Positions 31,813 to 40,283 of a stretch of 59,887 nucleotides of DNA are shown here, piece after piece. The notes under the pieces are model-generated. The model was not told where the DNA came from. It saw only the letters and a list, made by a program, of their open reading frames with translations, and made no database searches. The stretch comes from Candidatus Enterousia sp. (GTDB lineage: Bacteria > Pseudomonadota > Alphaproteobacteria > Rs-D84). A program made the translations under genes and the position numbers. Location: assembly GCA_045616625.1 (NCBI GenBank), contig JAZLHA010000005.1, positions 1 through 59,887 on the forward strand, in the 5' to 3' direction. How positions within the stretch are numbered: the first letter of the stretch is position 1; every line of letters starts with the position of its first letter.

Positions 31813-32211
31813 ATGACTGAAATACCTGCAATCTTTTGTGATATTGATGGTGTGGTAAGCAAAAAGTTTGCTGTGCCTAACTATGATAGGTTTGGTGAAC
31901 CAAATCTAAATATGATACGTGTCTTGGAAACGCTTGGACGTGATTTTACAATCGTATTTATCACTGGACGTTGGGCGATGGGCCAGACAAAAGTTGATGC
32001 GTTCATGGATAGATTATTACCAAATATAAAAAAACGTGTGTTTTGTAAGGCACATGATTATCCAGGTACAACGGCTGAATTTAAATTAGCAACTATAAAA
32101 GAACTGGAAAGTCAGGGTTATAAATTTTATTTTGGTTTGGATGATCATGATGCTGTGATTGGTCTGATGCATAATCACGGAATGTTCGTGGCGCGTGTAA
32201 TATCTGAATAA
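31813..32211 (+). CDS. HAD-superfamily phosphatase (PNKP/class III-like)
   Basis: FCDIDG, FITGR, conserved K, GLDD motifs. Confidence 0.75.
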   Translation: MTEIPAIFCDIDGVVSKKFAVPNYDRFGEPNLNMIRVLETLGRDFTIVFITGRWAMGQTKVDAFMDRLLPNIKKRVFCKAHDYPGTTAEFKLATIKELESQGYKFYFGLDDHDAVIGLMHNHGMFVARVISE

Positions 32212-32275
32212 AATTTACTTGCAAATCAGGAATAATAGAATAAAATATAAACGCTATAAATAAAAGGATAGAAAA

Positions 32276-32425
32276 ATGGCAACGCCAAGAAGTAAAACAA
32301 GTAAAGCACGTAGCGCACAACGCCGTTCTCATGACGCAATCGCAGTTATGCCATGCAGCGTATGCAAATCATGTGGTGAAAAGAAACGTCCACATCATGT
32401 TTGTCCTGCGTGTGGTGCAAAATAA
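32276..32425 (+). CDS. rpmF: 50S ribosomal protein L32 (49 aa, missed by ORF track)
   Basis: MATPRSKTSKARSAQRRSH...CKSCGEKKRPHHVCPACG; upstream of plsX. Confidence 0.95.
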   Translation: MATPRSKTSKARSAQRRSHDAIAVMPCSVCKSCGEKKRPHHVCPACGAK

Positions 32426-32488
32426 GAACATATAGAATAATAACAGAGCAGGGCACAAAATAGTGCCTTTCTGTTTTTTAGATTAGAT

Positions 32489-33559
32489 ATGACAACCACA
32501 GAAAAGAAAATTATCGCAATAGACGCATTTGGTGGTGATAACGGCCCGGTGGCTGTTTTAGGCGGAATGAATCAGTATTTGTATCAAAATGGCGAAGACA
32601 AGGTTTTCTTTCGTCTTTTTGGTGATGCAAAAAAACTCGGAAAACTTCTTGCTAAATATCCGCGCGTAATGCGAAATTGTGTTGTTATTGACGCCCCTGA
32701 TGTTATAAAGGGAACAGATAAGATACGTGATGTAATTCGTCATGCTCAAAATACATCTATGTATATGGCGATTGACGATGTTAGGGCTGGTAATTCTTCT
32801 GCGGTTATTAGTGCGGGTAATACTGGTGTTTTGATGTCTTTATCAAAATTGGCATTAAAAACAATTGATGGTATTTCGCGTCCTGCAATTACAACAATGT
32901 TACCGTCTGGTTTGGGTGATAGTCGTGTTGTTGGCCTAGATTTGGGTGCAAATGTTCAATGTAGTGCTGAAAACTTATTTGACTTTGCAATTTTGGGCAG
33001 TGTGTATGCTGAGGTTATAGGCCATATGTCAAAGCCCAAGGTTGGTATTTTAAATATTGGTGAAGAAAGCACCAAGGGTAAAGAAGCATTAATGCAGTTA
33101 AACGATTTACTTACAAAATATCATGATGTTTTACCTTATGACTATATCGGATTTGTTGAAGGAAACGATGTGACTGCCGGTGTGGTCCAGGTTGTTGTCA
33201 CAGATGGCTTTACAGGTAATGTTATGTTAAAGACGGTTGAGGGTACCGCAAAACTGATAACACGCGTTCTAAAGGCGAATTTAAAACAATCTTTGCTGGC
33301 TGTGATCGGTGCGTTTTTCTTGGTTCATGTCTTTAAGCGCCTAAAACATAAAATTGATCCACGCTCTTATGCTGGTGCAACATTTTTGGGGTTAAAGGGA
33401 TTTTCGGTAAAAACCCACGGTAATAGTGATGCGTTGGCATTTGCAAATGCGATTAAATTTGCATCTGATTTGTCGTTGGCGAATTTGAACGATATTATTG
33501 CGGCACGTGCATCATCTTTGGCACAAATCCGTTCTGAATTACAGTCTGTCACAGAATAG
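32489..33559 (+). CDS. plsX: phosphate acyltransferase PlsX
   Basis: AIDAFGGD, SAGNTG, DLGAN, LNIGEE, DGFTGN, KTHG. Confidence 0.96.
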   Translation: MTTTEKKIIAIDAFGGDNGPVAVLGGMNQYLYQNGEDKVFFRLFGDAKKLGKLLAKYPRVMRNCVVIDAPDVIKGTDKIRDVIRHAQNTSMYMAIDDVRAGNSSAVISAGNTGVLMSLSKLALKTIDGISRPAITTMLPSGLGDSRVVGLDLGANVQCSAENLFDFAILGSVYAEVIGHMSKPKVGILNIGEESTKGKEALMQLNDLLTKYHDVLPYDYIGFVEGNDVTAGVVQVVVTDGFTGNVMLKTVEGTAKLITRVLKANLKQSLLAVIGAFFLVHVFKRLKHKIDPRSYAGATFLGLKGFSVKTHGNSDALAFANAIKFASDLSLANLNDIIAARASSLAQIRSELQSVTE

Positions 33560-33632
33560 GTATTCATACAGATAGAACCTTTATTATATTCAATTATAAT
33601 TTATTGTGCATAAACACCAAAGGAGTATGCAT

Positions 33633-33743
33633 ATGAAAAAAGAATGTAATAAAATCAAAACAGCCGAAACAAAAGTAAAAAAGGCTATTAAAAAAGAAGA
33701 AAAAAAATTATTACCATGTGGTTGTTTCCATCATGATAAATAA
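33633..33743 (+). CDS. 36-aa Lys-rich small protein ending CGCFHHDK
   Basis: AAGGAG RBS, clean ORF, own terminator AAAACGCGC-tgacg-GCGCGTTTT at 33747-33769. Confidence 0.55.
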   Translation: MKKECNKIKTAETKVKKAIKKEEKKLLPCGCFHHDK

Positions 33744-33834
33744 TATAAAACGCGCTGACGGCGCGTTTTATATTAGAAATCGCCGTGATTACTCACGGCG
33801 ACTTTCCCCTCCTTCCAGATAGACTGGAAACTTT

Positions 33835-34170
33835 TTATGCGGCCATAACTGTTTTAGATTTTGTGGTTATGTTGTCAGCATCTAATATCTTTTTAGCCTC
33901 TACAAATACCATGCTTTTTACCTGTAATGCCAAATCTTTGGTATCCAAAGTTTCAGCGGCGGTATCAAAATTGTCGGTACGAATTTGCAATGAAACATAG
34001 GCACCAATCAACGATGCACGTGGCAAATCTTCGATAGAACGTGGTGCATTATTATTTCCGATATGTAATTCGTCACTTAATGAAACGATTTGACGGTCCT
34101 GATTAACCCAAACGGTTGTGGTCAGAACTTGGTCCAAGGCAATCATAATGTCTTTAATATTTTTTTGCAT
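33835..34170 (-). CDS. hypothetical protein with C-terminal Ala-Ala
   Basis: GGGGGG RBS, host-like codon usage, downstream hairpins. Confidence 0.7.
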   Translation of the reverse strand: MQKNIKDIMIALDQVLTTTVWVNQDRQIVSLSDELHIGNNNAPRSIEDLPRASLIGAYVSLQIRTDNFDTAAETLDTKDLALQVKSMVFVEAKKILDADNITTKSKTVMAA

Positions 34171-34450
34171 TTGTATTCCCCCCTTTCGGTATTGTTGTAA
34201 AAGATTTTAATGTTTTTGTATTTACATGCGTATTTACAAAATCACATAAAAACCTTTTGTTTGTTAACTGTTTTTTTATTAAAAATCGCCGGTTTTCAGG
34301 GATTTTTAACAAAATTAAAACTTTTCTCCTTGTCTATACAAATATCTTAGAACAAAAACGAATCGGGGGTCAAGAAAAAAATAAAAAAAAATTAAAATTT
34401 TTTTACAAATAGGAATAGAAACAAAAAAAACGCCCTAAAACGGGCGTTTC

Positions 34451-36427
34451 TTAATTACTTCCTGTGCTAGACTTTGGATAAATTTTATCAATCCAATCTG
34501 TTAGTCCTTCGGCATCACCTATTTCATTAACAGATTTACATGTGGTAATTAACTTACGACATGCGTTTATAGCAACTTGACGTCCTGTATCTGTATTATT
34601 ACCCGCAGGTAAATTTGTTGCCATACATGATTGAACGTCTGTGATACAATCTTCGGCGTAATCAGCCAATATAGTATCCTGGGACGCTTTAATTTGTGGC
34701 ATAATACGGTTCAGGTATTCAGTTATAACCATATTGTTTGGCAGATACTGTGCCGTCTGACTACCTGTTGCCTTTTTATAAGTATAATTCTGGCACTGAT
34801 TCAATACAGATATGCACATGCCATAGTTTCTGTTGTCAGTATTGTTGTGATAACCAATCTTGTATTGCAAGAATTCTGACATACTATCTGATGTTTTGTT
34901 TATCGGATTGTTTGGGCCAGTTGGCATAGTGTTGTTTATGTATTCCGCCAAAGTATCTTCTGGTGTATTACCCCAAGCATAATGGTCATCAAAATTCCAA
35001 GTCGCATATAAACCACTCTCTTTTGAATTTTCTTTTTCCATCGGCTCGGAACCGATAACAATTTCGCCGTTTACGATATATTTACCTGTTGGGTCTAAAC
35101 ATCCTTCGTAATCAGAACCGCAAACGAAATCAGAACGCATACAAGAATCCAAAGCCTCCACGCATCCGCGCAAATCATACTGGTTCTTGTTTTGTGCAAC
35201 CATCAAACGTGCCTTTTGTAATACAGATTTTGCATTACGTACTGTTGATTCCATTTGAGTGTTTGCGTCTTTCAAATTACGTTCGTAAGCCATACATGCT
35301 TTGTCTATCTGCAGGTCGTATGCGTTTGTAATAATAGATGGGTCAACACCCTGGGCACTGCAAGAATTTAATACCGACGCTTTACAACGTGCAGCGGCTG
35401 TTTTATAAAGATTTGCACCACGTTGATTAGAAATACTGGACGTATTGGCTGTATTTGTTGTTGCCATAAATGAAGACAAATCAAAACCGGTATTGTCAAA
35501 CGAGAAATCTAACAATCCAGACAAATCCATATTCAAAGAACCCGTAGATGTCGAAGAAGAGGCTGTGCCAGACTTTACGTCTACAATCATGCGTTTAATT
35601 TTATCCAAATCAGTTTTTAATTGTGTTGAATCAGATGACGTTGATAATTTTGCTTCTGCTTCTGTTTCTGTGAATAGAGTATCTATATCTTCGGCATTTA
35701 GACCAATATATTGAATTTGTTGTGCAACATCCTGTAAAGACTCAGTTGCTTCATTTAAGGCTTCTTCTGTTTTTGCATAGTTGGCAATATTTGCAGAACA
35801 AGAACAACGACCTTCATTATCATCTAATACATTGCAGTAATTATCCATACATGCCGCATATTGTGCTTTGCAATAATCGGTCATTTCGGCCAACTGATCC
35901 AATTCATTTGCAGAATTTGTTTGTGTTGTGGGTGTCGAAATACCAATATTGTTACTACTACGAAATGACATGGCAGAACTACGTGTGCTTACACGTGCGT
36001 TTGGATTATATAGAGTGCTACCAGAACCACGAAGGGTCGCTGCACGTGCTGTTACAGCACGTTGAGTATTTGTGTTACGAGAGGTGACCACACTATTACG
36101 TGGGGAAATATTAGAACGACCTGAAACAGAGTTTGTACGTGTGGCTGTTCCGCGTGTGCTCGCTTGTGTGGCGCCCCCCCTGGTTGTGCGTCCACGCGCA
36201 GTTGCTGTTGTTCGTGCAGATTTATTCTGGACTGTGTTTGTAGGTTTTGCATTTGGTGTTGACGCGGTTTGTTCAGCAACAGGTTCAACCGCCTGTTCTG
36301 TTTCCTCTGGAACAACAACAAATTCATCATCAAACTCAATAGAATTGTCGGGCAAGTATTGTGGCAAAACCTCTGCAAATGCGGGCAAAACCAACAGACT
36401 GCCAATAACAACGAACAACCTTTTCAT
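34451..36427 (-). CDS. secreted Cys-rich protein with Ser/Thr/Arg-rich N-terminal region
   Basis: Signal peptide, low-complexity RST tract, repeated C-x6-C helical motifs; GGAG RBS before MKRLF. Confidence 0.8.
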   Translation of the reverse strand: MKRLFVVIGSLLVLPAFAEVLPQYLPDNSIEFDDEFVVVPEETEQAVEPVAEQTASTPNAKPTNTVQNKSARTTATARGRTTRGGATQASTRGTATRTNSVSGRSNISPRNSVVTSRNTNTQRAVTARAATLRGSGSTLYNPNARVSTRSSAMSFRSSNNIGISTPTTQTNSANELDQLAEMTDYCKAQYAACMDNYCNVLDDNEGRCSCSANIANYAKTEEALNEATESLQDVAQQIQYIGLNAEDIDTLFTETEAEAKLSTSSDSTQLKTDLDKIKRMIVDVKSGTASSSTSTGSLNMDLSGLLDFSFDNTGFDLSSFMATTNTANTSSISNQRGANLYKTAAARCKASVLNSCSAQGVDPSIITNAYDLQIDKACMAYERNLKDANTQMESTVRNAKSVLQKARLMVAQNKNQYDLRGCVEALDSCMRSDFVCGSDYEGCLDPTGKYIVNGEIVIGSEPMEKENSKESGLYATWNFDDHYAWGNTPEDTLAEYINNTMPTGPNNPINKTSDSMSEFLQYKIGYHNNTDNRNYGMCISVLNQCQNYTYKKATGSQTAQYLPNNMVITEYLNRIMPQIKASQDTILADYAEDCITDVQSCMATNLPAGNNTDTGRQVAINACRKLITTCKSVNEIGDAEGLTDWIDKIYPKSSTGSN

Positions 36428-36496
36428 GTGTATCTCCACTCTCTTGTTATGTTAATTTTATCACATTTTGAGTGTAAAAACAAACGAAAAATTTGT

Positions 36497-36829
36497 TTAA
36501 TGATGTGCAAATATGTGCAGGGCAATACTAACAACAAAAAGTATCGTTATCGCAGTCAAAATAATTTTTTGGGTTTTGTGGTTTTCATTTCCATGACAAT
36601 GCGCACACTTGCATTTGCAATCACGAACAACCAAAGTCCAAGAAAACCCGAGCATCAACGCTGAAAATACGAAAATCCATGGTTCAATCCATTCGGGGAT
36701 AAAATGACCACTATGTGCGAATTCAGGGGCAAACAAACTGATTATTGATAAAACAATAGGTAACACACAACAGAATAGGTGTGGTAACACAGATGCGATA
36801 ATTCCGATTTTAATAGCTTTGTTTTTCAT
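36497..36829 (-). CDS. MerC/MerT-like small membrane protein (possible metal transport)
   Basis: Three TM segments, HLFCCVLP in TM1, CKCKCAHCH loop; start at MKNKAIK with RBS. Confidence 0.6.
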   Translation of the reverse strand: MKNKAIKIGIIASVLPHLFCCVLPIVLSIISLFAPEFAHSGHFIPEWIEPWIFVFSALMLGFSWTLVVRDCKCKCAHCHGNENHKTQKIILTAITILFVVSIALHIFAHH

Positions 36830-36843
36830 AGTTTGTCCTTTGT

Positions 36844-37057
36844 ATAATTTATTGGTATCCCCAGTGGATTGTAATTCCCATTGCTGTTTGCAATGGGCCC
36901 CTTTCCACACGTAAGGTGCGAACTGCGCATTGCTTGTTCGCCCCAACTATCGTGTCGAACCTGTCGTGCCCGAAATAGTGCACTTTATCGGTTCGCTTCC
37001 AACTGGGAATAAATTATCCAATACATCCGCATTGGATAATTTATTGGTATCCCCAGT
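36844..37057 (-). mobile_element. miniature element at tRNA-Arg 3' end flanked by 22-bp direct repeats
   Basis: ATAATTTATTGGTATCCCCAGT at 36844-36865 and 37036-37057; internal inverted tRNA-3'-like copy and several hairpins. Confidence 0.6.
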
Positions 37058-37120
37058 AGGAATCGAACCTGCATCAAGGGTTTAGGAAACCCCTATTCTA
37101 TCCAGTTGAACTATGGGGAC
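37045..37120 (-). tRNA. trnR: tRNA-Arg (CCT)
   Basis: Minus strand GTCCCCATAGTTCAACTGGATAGAATAGGGGT-TTCCTAA-ACCCTTGATGCAGGTTCGATTCCTACTGGGGATACCA. Confidence 0.93.
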
Positions 37121-37221
37121 AGGTAATATAAATAATATATTAAAAAAAATGTTTTGCAATAAACAATACCCAGGAAATAAATTCCTGGGTATCGTGCTTT
37201 AACAACAACTTTAGAGAGTTT

Positions 37222-38646
37222 TTAGAACAATTTAAACTTGTAATTTGTTCCAATACGGAAAGACGCTTTTGTGCCTTTGCCGAATCCAAAACCAACACCA
37301 GCATTAGCGGACCAGTTATCGGTAATACCCATAGCTGCACCCAATGCCATTGCTGATTTAGAGTTGTAGTTGCCGTAACCACCACCGACAGACATTTCGC
37401 CTTTCTTTACATTGGAAACTTCAACAGCGGATAAAGCAACAGAACTTGCGATACCAGCAGATAGGTTTTCATCTAAGTCGTTAACCTTAGAATCCAACGC
37501 AGCAATATCGTTACGGGTTGCATCAATTGCAGAACGTAATTTAGCATCTTCGGCTGCGCGTGTTTCTGCTTCACCTGCAATTTGCAAATCAGTATAAGAA
37601 TTTGCAGATACCAAAGTCATAGCGTCACCTGTATCAATAGCTGTTTTGATTGCACCACCTTCGCCTAAAGCAAGTTCTATTCTGCTATCTGCTTCGTTAT
37701 CAATAGTGTCTAAGATTGGCGCATTATATACATCTAGTGCAATATTTGATGATTCAAAGTCTCTATAGTCATTTTCAAAGGATTGTTTTGCATCAACTAA
37801 TGATTGCCATTTATCGTTCAGGTTGCCCAATGTGTTTTGATCTGTCGTATATACATTAAAGGCAGCTGATGCTATGTCTAGTTCTTCTGCAACTAAATCT
37901 CCTGTATGGTCTTTTGCGTTTTCTACCAAGGATACAGCATCGTTATAATAACCTTTTGCTTCTTCAAATAAAGAAACTAAATCGCCAGTAGGTGTAATTT
38001 GTTCATTTGTTCCTTTCTTGACTAAAATGATTTCACCATCTTGATCTTTCAATGAGTATTCTTGTCCGCTATTTGTTATAACAAACATATCCGGAATGAA
38101 CTCTTCTGCATCACCGTTTGTAGCAACAATAGAAGATTTTGTTACAGAAATAGCCTCATCATGTTCGTCTGGCAATAAATCTACTGTTTCTGTAAATTGA
38201 TTATTTGCAACAACACCTGTTCCTGCTTCATTTAATTTTAACTCAAATGTTTTTGCATCTTCACCTTCTCCAAGTATATATTGATAGTTTGATGCCTCCA
38301 TTTTCATACCAGCAATTAATTCAGTATTTTTTACACTAATACCATTTTCGTCTGGTTCAACTGTAGCAGAGCTTTCGCCTTTATAATCAGATTGAACTAT
38401 ATTATCTGTCCCTTCTGAATCCAAAGCGACTTCGTCACCATTTGGATTTGTATAATTGTAAGCAACATCAGATTTGGTTGGTTCTGCTATAGGAGAATTT
38501 ACATCACCTGTTTTTCCCGTTTCTTCTGTATCAGTTGCTCTTGAAAACTTACCAGCAAAAGTTACGTCTGTTGTTGCAGCACCTGCAGTGCCCATCATCA
38601 AGATAGATGCCATTGCACCACAGAAAACAATATTTTTTACTTTCAT
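37222..38646 (-). CDS. trimeric autotransporter adhesin (YadA-like anchor)
   Basis: Signal peptide, acidic passenger, coiled-coil stalk, C-terminal AGIASSVAL..SVGGGYGNY..ALGA..four beta strands ending in F. Confidence 0.9.
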   Translation of the reverse strand: MKVKNIVFCGAMASILMMGTAGAATTDVTFAGKFSRATDTEETGKTGDVNSPIAEPTKSDVAYNYTNPNGDEVALDSEGTDNIVQSDYKGESSATVEPDENGISVKNTELIAGMKMEASNYQYILGEGEDAKTFELKLNEAGTGVVANNQFTETVDLLPDEHDEAISVTKSSIVATNGDAEEFIPDMFVITNSGQEYSLKDQDGEIILVKKGTNEQITPTGDLVSLFEEAKGYYNDAVSLVENAKDHTGDLVAEELDIASAAFNVYTTDQNTLGNLNDKWQSLVDAKQSFENDYRDFESSNIALDVYNAPILDTIDNEADSRIELALGEGGAIKTAIDTGDAMTLVSANSYTDLQIAGEAETRAAEDAKLRSAIDATRNDIAALDSKVNDLDENLSAGIASSVALSAVEVSNVKKGEMSVGGGYGNYNSKSAMALGAAMGITDNWSANAGVGFGFGKGTKASFRIGTNYKFKLF

Positions 38647-38721
38647 TTTTTTCCCTTTTATTTTTGGTTAACCAAAGAAGGTTATGAAATTTCACATCCC
38701 TCTTGTTGAAACGAATGATAC

Positions 38722-38737
38722 AAAAACCTAGGTTTTT
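38722..38737. repeat. palindromic site A (AAAAACCTAGGTTTTT), candidate recombinase crossover site
   Basis: Seen directly; centre TA at 38729-38730. Confidence 0.65.
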
Positions 38738-38856
38738 TTTGTGCTCCCCTGCGGGCATTTTGAAAAAATTACAAAAAATCGTCGTAGTTCTTAGAAATCT
38801 GGGTAAAATAACAGGTTTTATAAAAAACAAAAAAAGTAAAAATATTGGTTGACATT

Positions 38857-38868
38857 AAACCTAGGTTT
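38857..38868. repeat. palindromic site B (AAACCTAGGTTT), candidate recombinase crossover site
   Basis: Seen directly; centre TA at 38862-38863; TTGACA at 38849-38854 just inside. Confidence 0.65.
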
Positions 38869-38899
38869 TTTATGCACCACCATAGAAAATATGAATTGC

Positions 38900-38928
38900 T
38901 TGAATTTAAAGGGTTTTTATGATATAAT
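38900..38928 (+). promoter_or_regulatory. sigma70 promoter of the invertase gene
   Basis: TTGAAT-17-TATAAT. Confidence 0.6.
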
Positions 38929-39022
38929 GACTTTTAAGAAAGGGGCATTTTTGTGCCTTTTTTATTTTTTCTAAATATAAAAAAATTACAAATTTTTTTA
39001 ACTATAATTAAGGAGATAAAGT

Positions 39023-39628
39023 ATGATTTATGGGTATTGTCGTGTATCAACAACACATCAACATGAAGAAAATCAGCACTTTGTTATAGAACAATTTGCG
39101 CATAAAAATGATATAAAAATAGATGTTTGGATAGAAGAAAAAATTTCAAGTAGTCGTAAATTATCAGAACGTAAATTGGGAGGATTATTAAAAAAATTGA
39201 AATCTGGTGATATTTTAATTACAACCGAAATATCGCGTTTAGGTCGCAGTTTATTAGAGGTTATGTCAATTTTGCAAACGTGTATGGAAAAGGGGTGTCA
39301 GGTCTGGACTTTAAAGGAAAATTTTAGATTGGGGTCTGATATTCAATCAAAAGTATTGGCTTTCGCATTTGGGCTAACTGCAGAATTATCCAAAGGTTTG
39401 CTCCAGGCACGCGTGCGTGAAAGTTTAGCACGTTTAAAAGCGGCTGGAATAAAACTCGGACGGCCACATGGTGCAAAATCAAAAAAATTAAAATTGGATA
39501 AAAACCGCGAAAAAATAAAAGTTATGCTTTCTTGTGGAATTAGCAGAAATCAAATTTGCAAAATAATGGATATAGATAAAAGAACTTTAAACTCTTTTAT
39601 TGAACGTGAAATAATAAAACGCAGATAA
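39023..39628 (+). CDS. serine recombinase, Mpi (master DNA invertase)-like
   Basis: MIYGYCRVST catalytic Ser, EISRLGRSL, RLGSDIQSKVLAFAFGL (Mpi-type segment), LGRP and C-terminal HTH. Confidence 0.9.
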   Translation: MIYGYCRVSTTHQHEENQHFVIEQFAHKNDIKIDVWIEEKISSSRKLSERKLGGLLKKLKSGDILITTEISRLGRSLLEVMSILQTCMEKGCQVWTLKENFRLGSDIQSKVLAFAFGLTAELSKGLLQARVRESLARLKAAGIKLGRPHGAKSKKLKLDKNREKIKVMLSCGISRNQICKIMDIDKRTLNSFIEREIIKRR

Positions 39629-39690
39629 AAAGTAAATTTGTTGATTTTTTAGCTCGTGTTCGCTATAATCATCTTATAAAGGAATATGAT

Positions 39691-39975
39691 ATGGCAACAG
39701 TGACAAGAAATGATTTTGCAAACCGTTTGCGTGAACGTTTTGGTTTGACTATGGCTGATGCATATAAATTAGTCGACCTTGTGTTTGCCGAAATTGGTGA
39801 GGCTTTAATCCGTGATGAAGAGGTTAAGTTCGCAGGACTTGGTACTTTTAAAATATTAACAAAATCTGCGCGTATTGGACGCAACCCAAAAACTGGCGCG
39901 CCTGCGGTAATTTCTGCACGTCGTGTGGCAACATTTCGCCCATCGGCTGAATTTCGTGCGCGCGTTGCTAAATGA
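39691..39975 (+). CDS. ihfA: IHF/HU family DNA-bending protein (IHF-alpha-like)
   Basis: GLGTF..RIGRNPKTG..ISARRVATFRPS. Confidence 0.85.
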   Translation: MATVTRNDFANRLRERFGLTMADAYKLVDLVFAEIGEALIRDEEVKFAGLGTFKILTKSARIGRNPKTGAPAVISARRVATFRPSAEFRARVAK

Positions 39976-39987
39976 AAGGGTGATTAT

Positions 39988-40257
39988 ATGACTCAAAAAA
40001 TTAATACAAGTGCAACCATTTTTGACCAAATAGAATGGAATAAACAAGATTTACAGAAAAAATTAAAACAGGCCGAAATCAGAATCCAAGAAGCGAATGC
40101 AAGATTAAAAGCAGAAAGAGAGGCACTGGAAAATTGCAGTTTTAGAAATGAAAGACGTGAATACGAACAGGATGTTCAAGAAGCACAAGTTTTAGCACAT
40201 GAAGCTTATAAAGAACGCGAAAAAATTTTGCATGAACTACAAAATTTAGAAAAATAA
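39988..40257 (+). CDS. coiled-coil hypothetical protein
   Basis: RBS, Glu/Gln/Lys-rich heptads, followed by bidirectional terminator at 40258-40282. Confidence 0.65.
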   Translation: MTQKINTSATIFDQIEWNKQDLQKKLKQAEIRIQEANARLKAEREALENCSFRNERREYEQDVQEAQVLAHEAYKEREKILHELQNLEK

Positions 40258-40283
40258 AAAAAACGCCGAATTGGCGTTTTTTA

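Noticed and set aside
34260-34365. Possible CtrA (TTAA-N7-TTAA) and LexA (GAAC-N7-GAAC) boxes
   Set aside because: Spacings do not match the consensus, and the AT-rich background makes such near-matches common.
36829-36946. N-terminal extension of the MerC-like ORF given in the ORF track
   Set aside because: Runs through the tRNA-linked element; the RBS supports the start at 36829.
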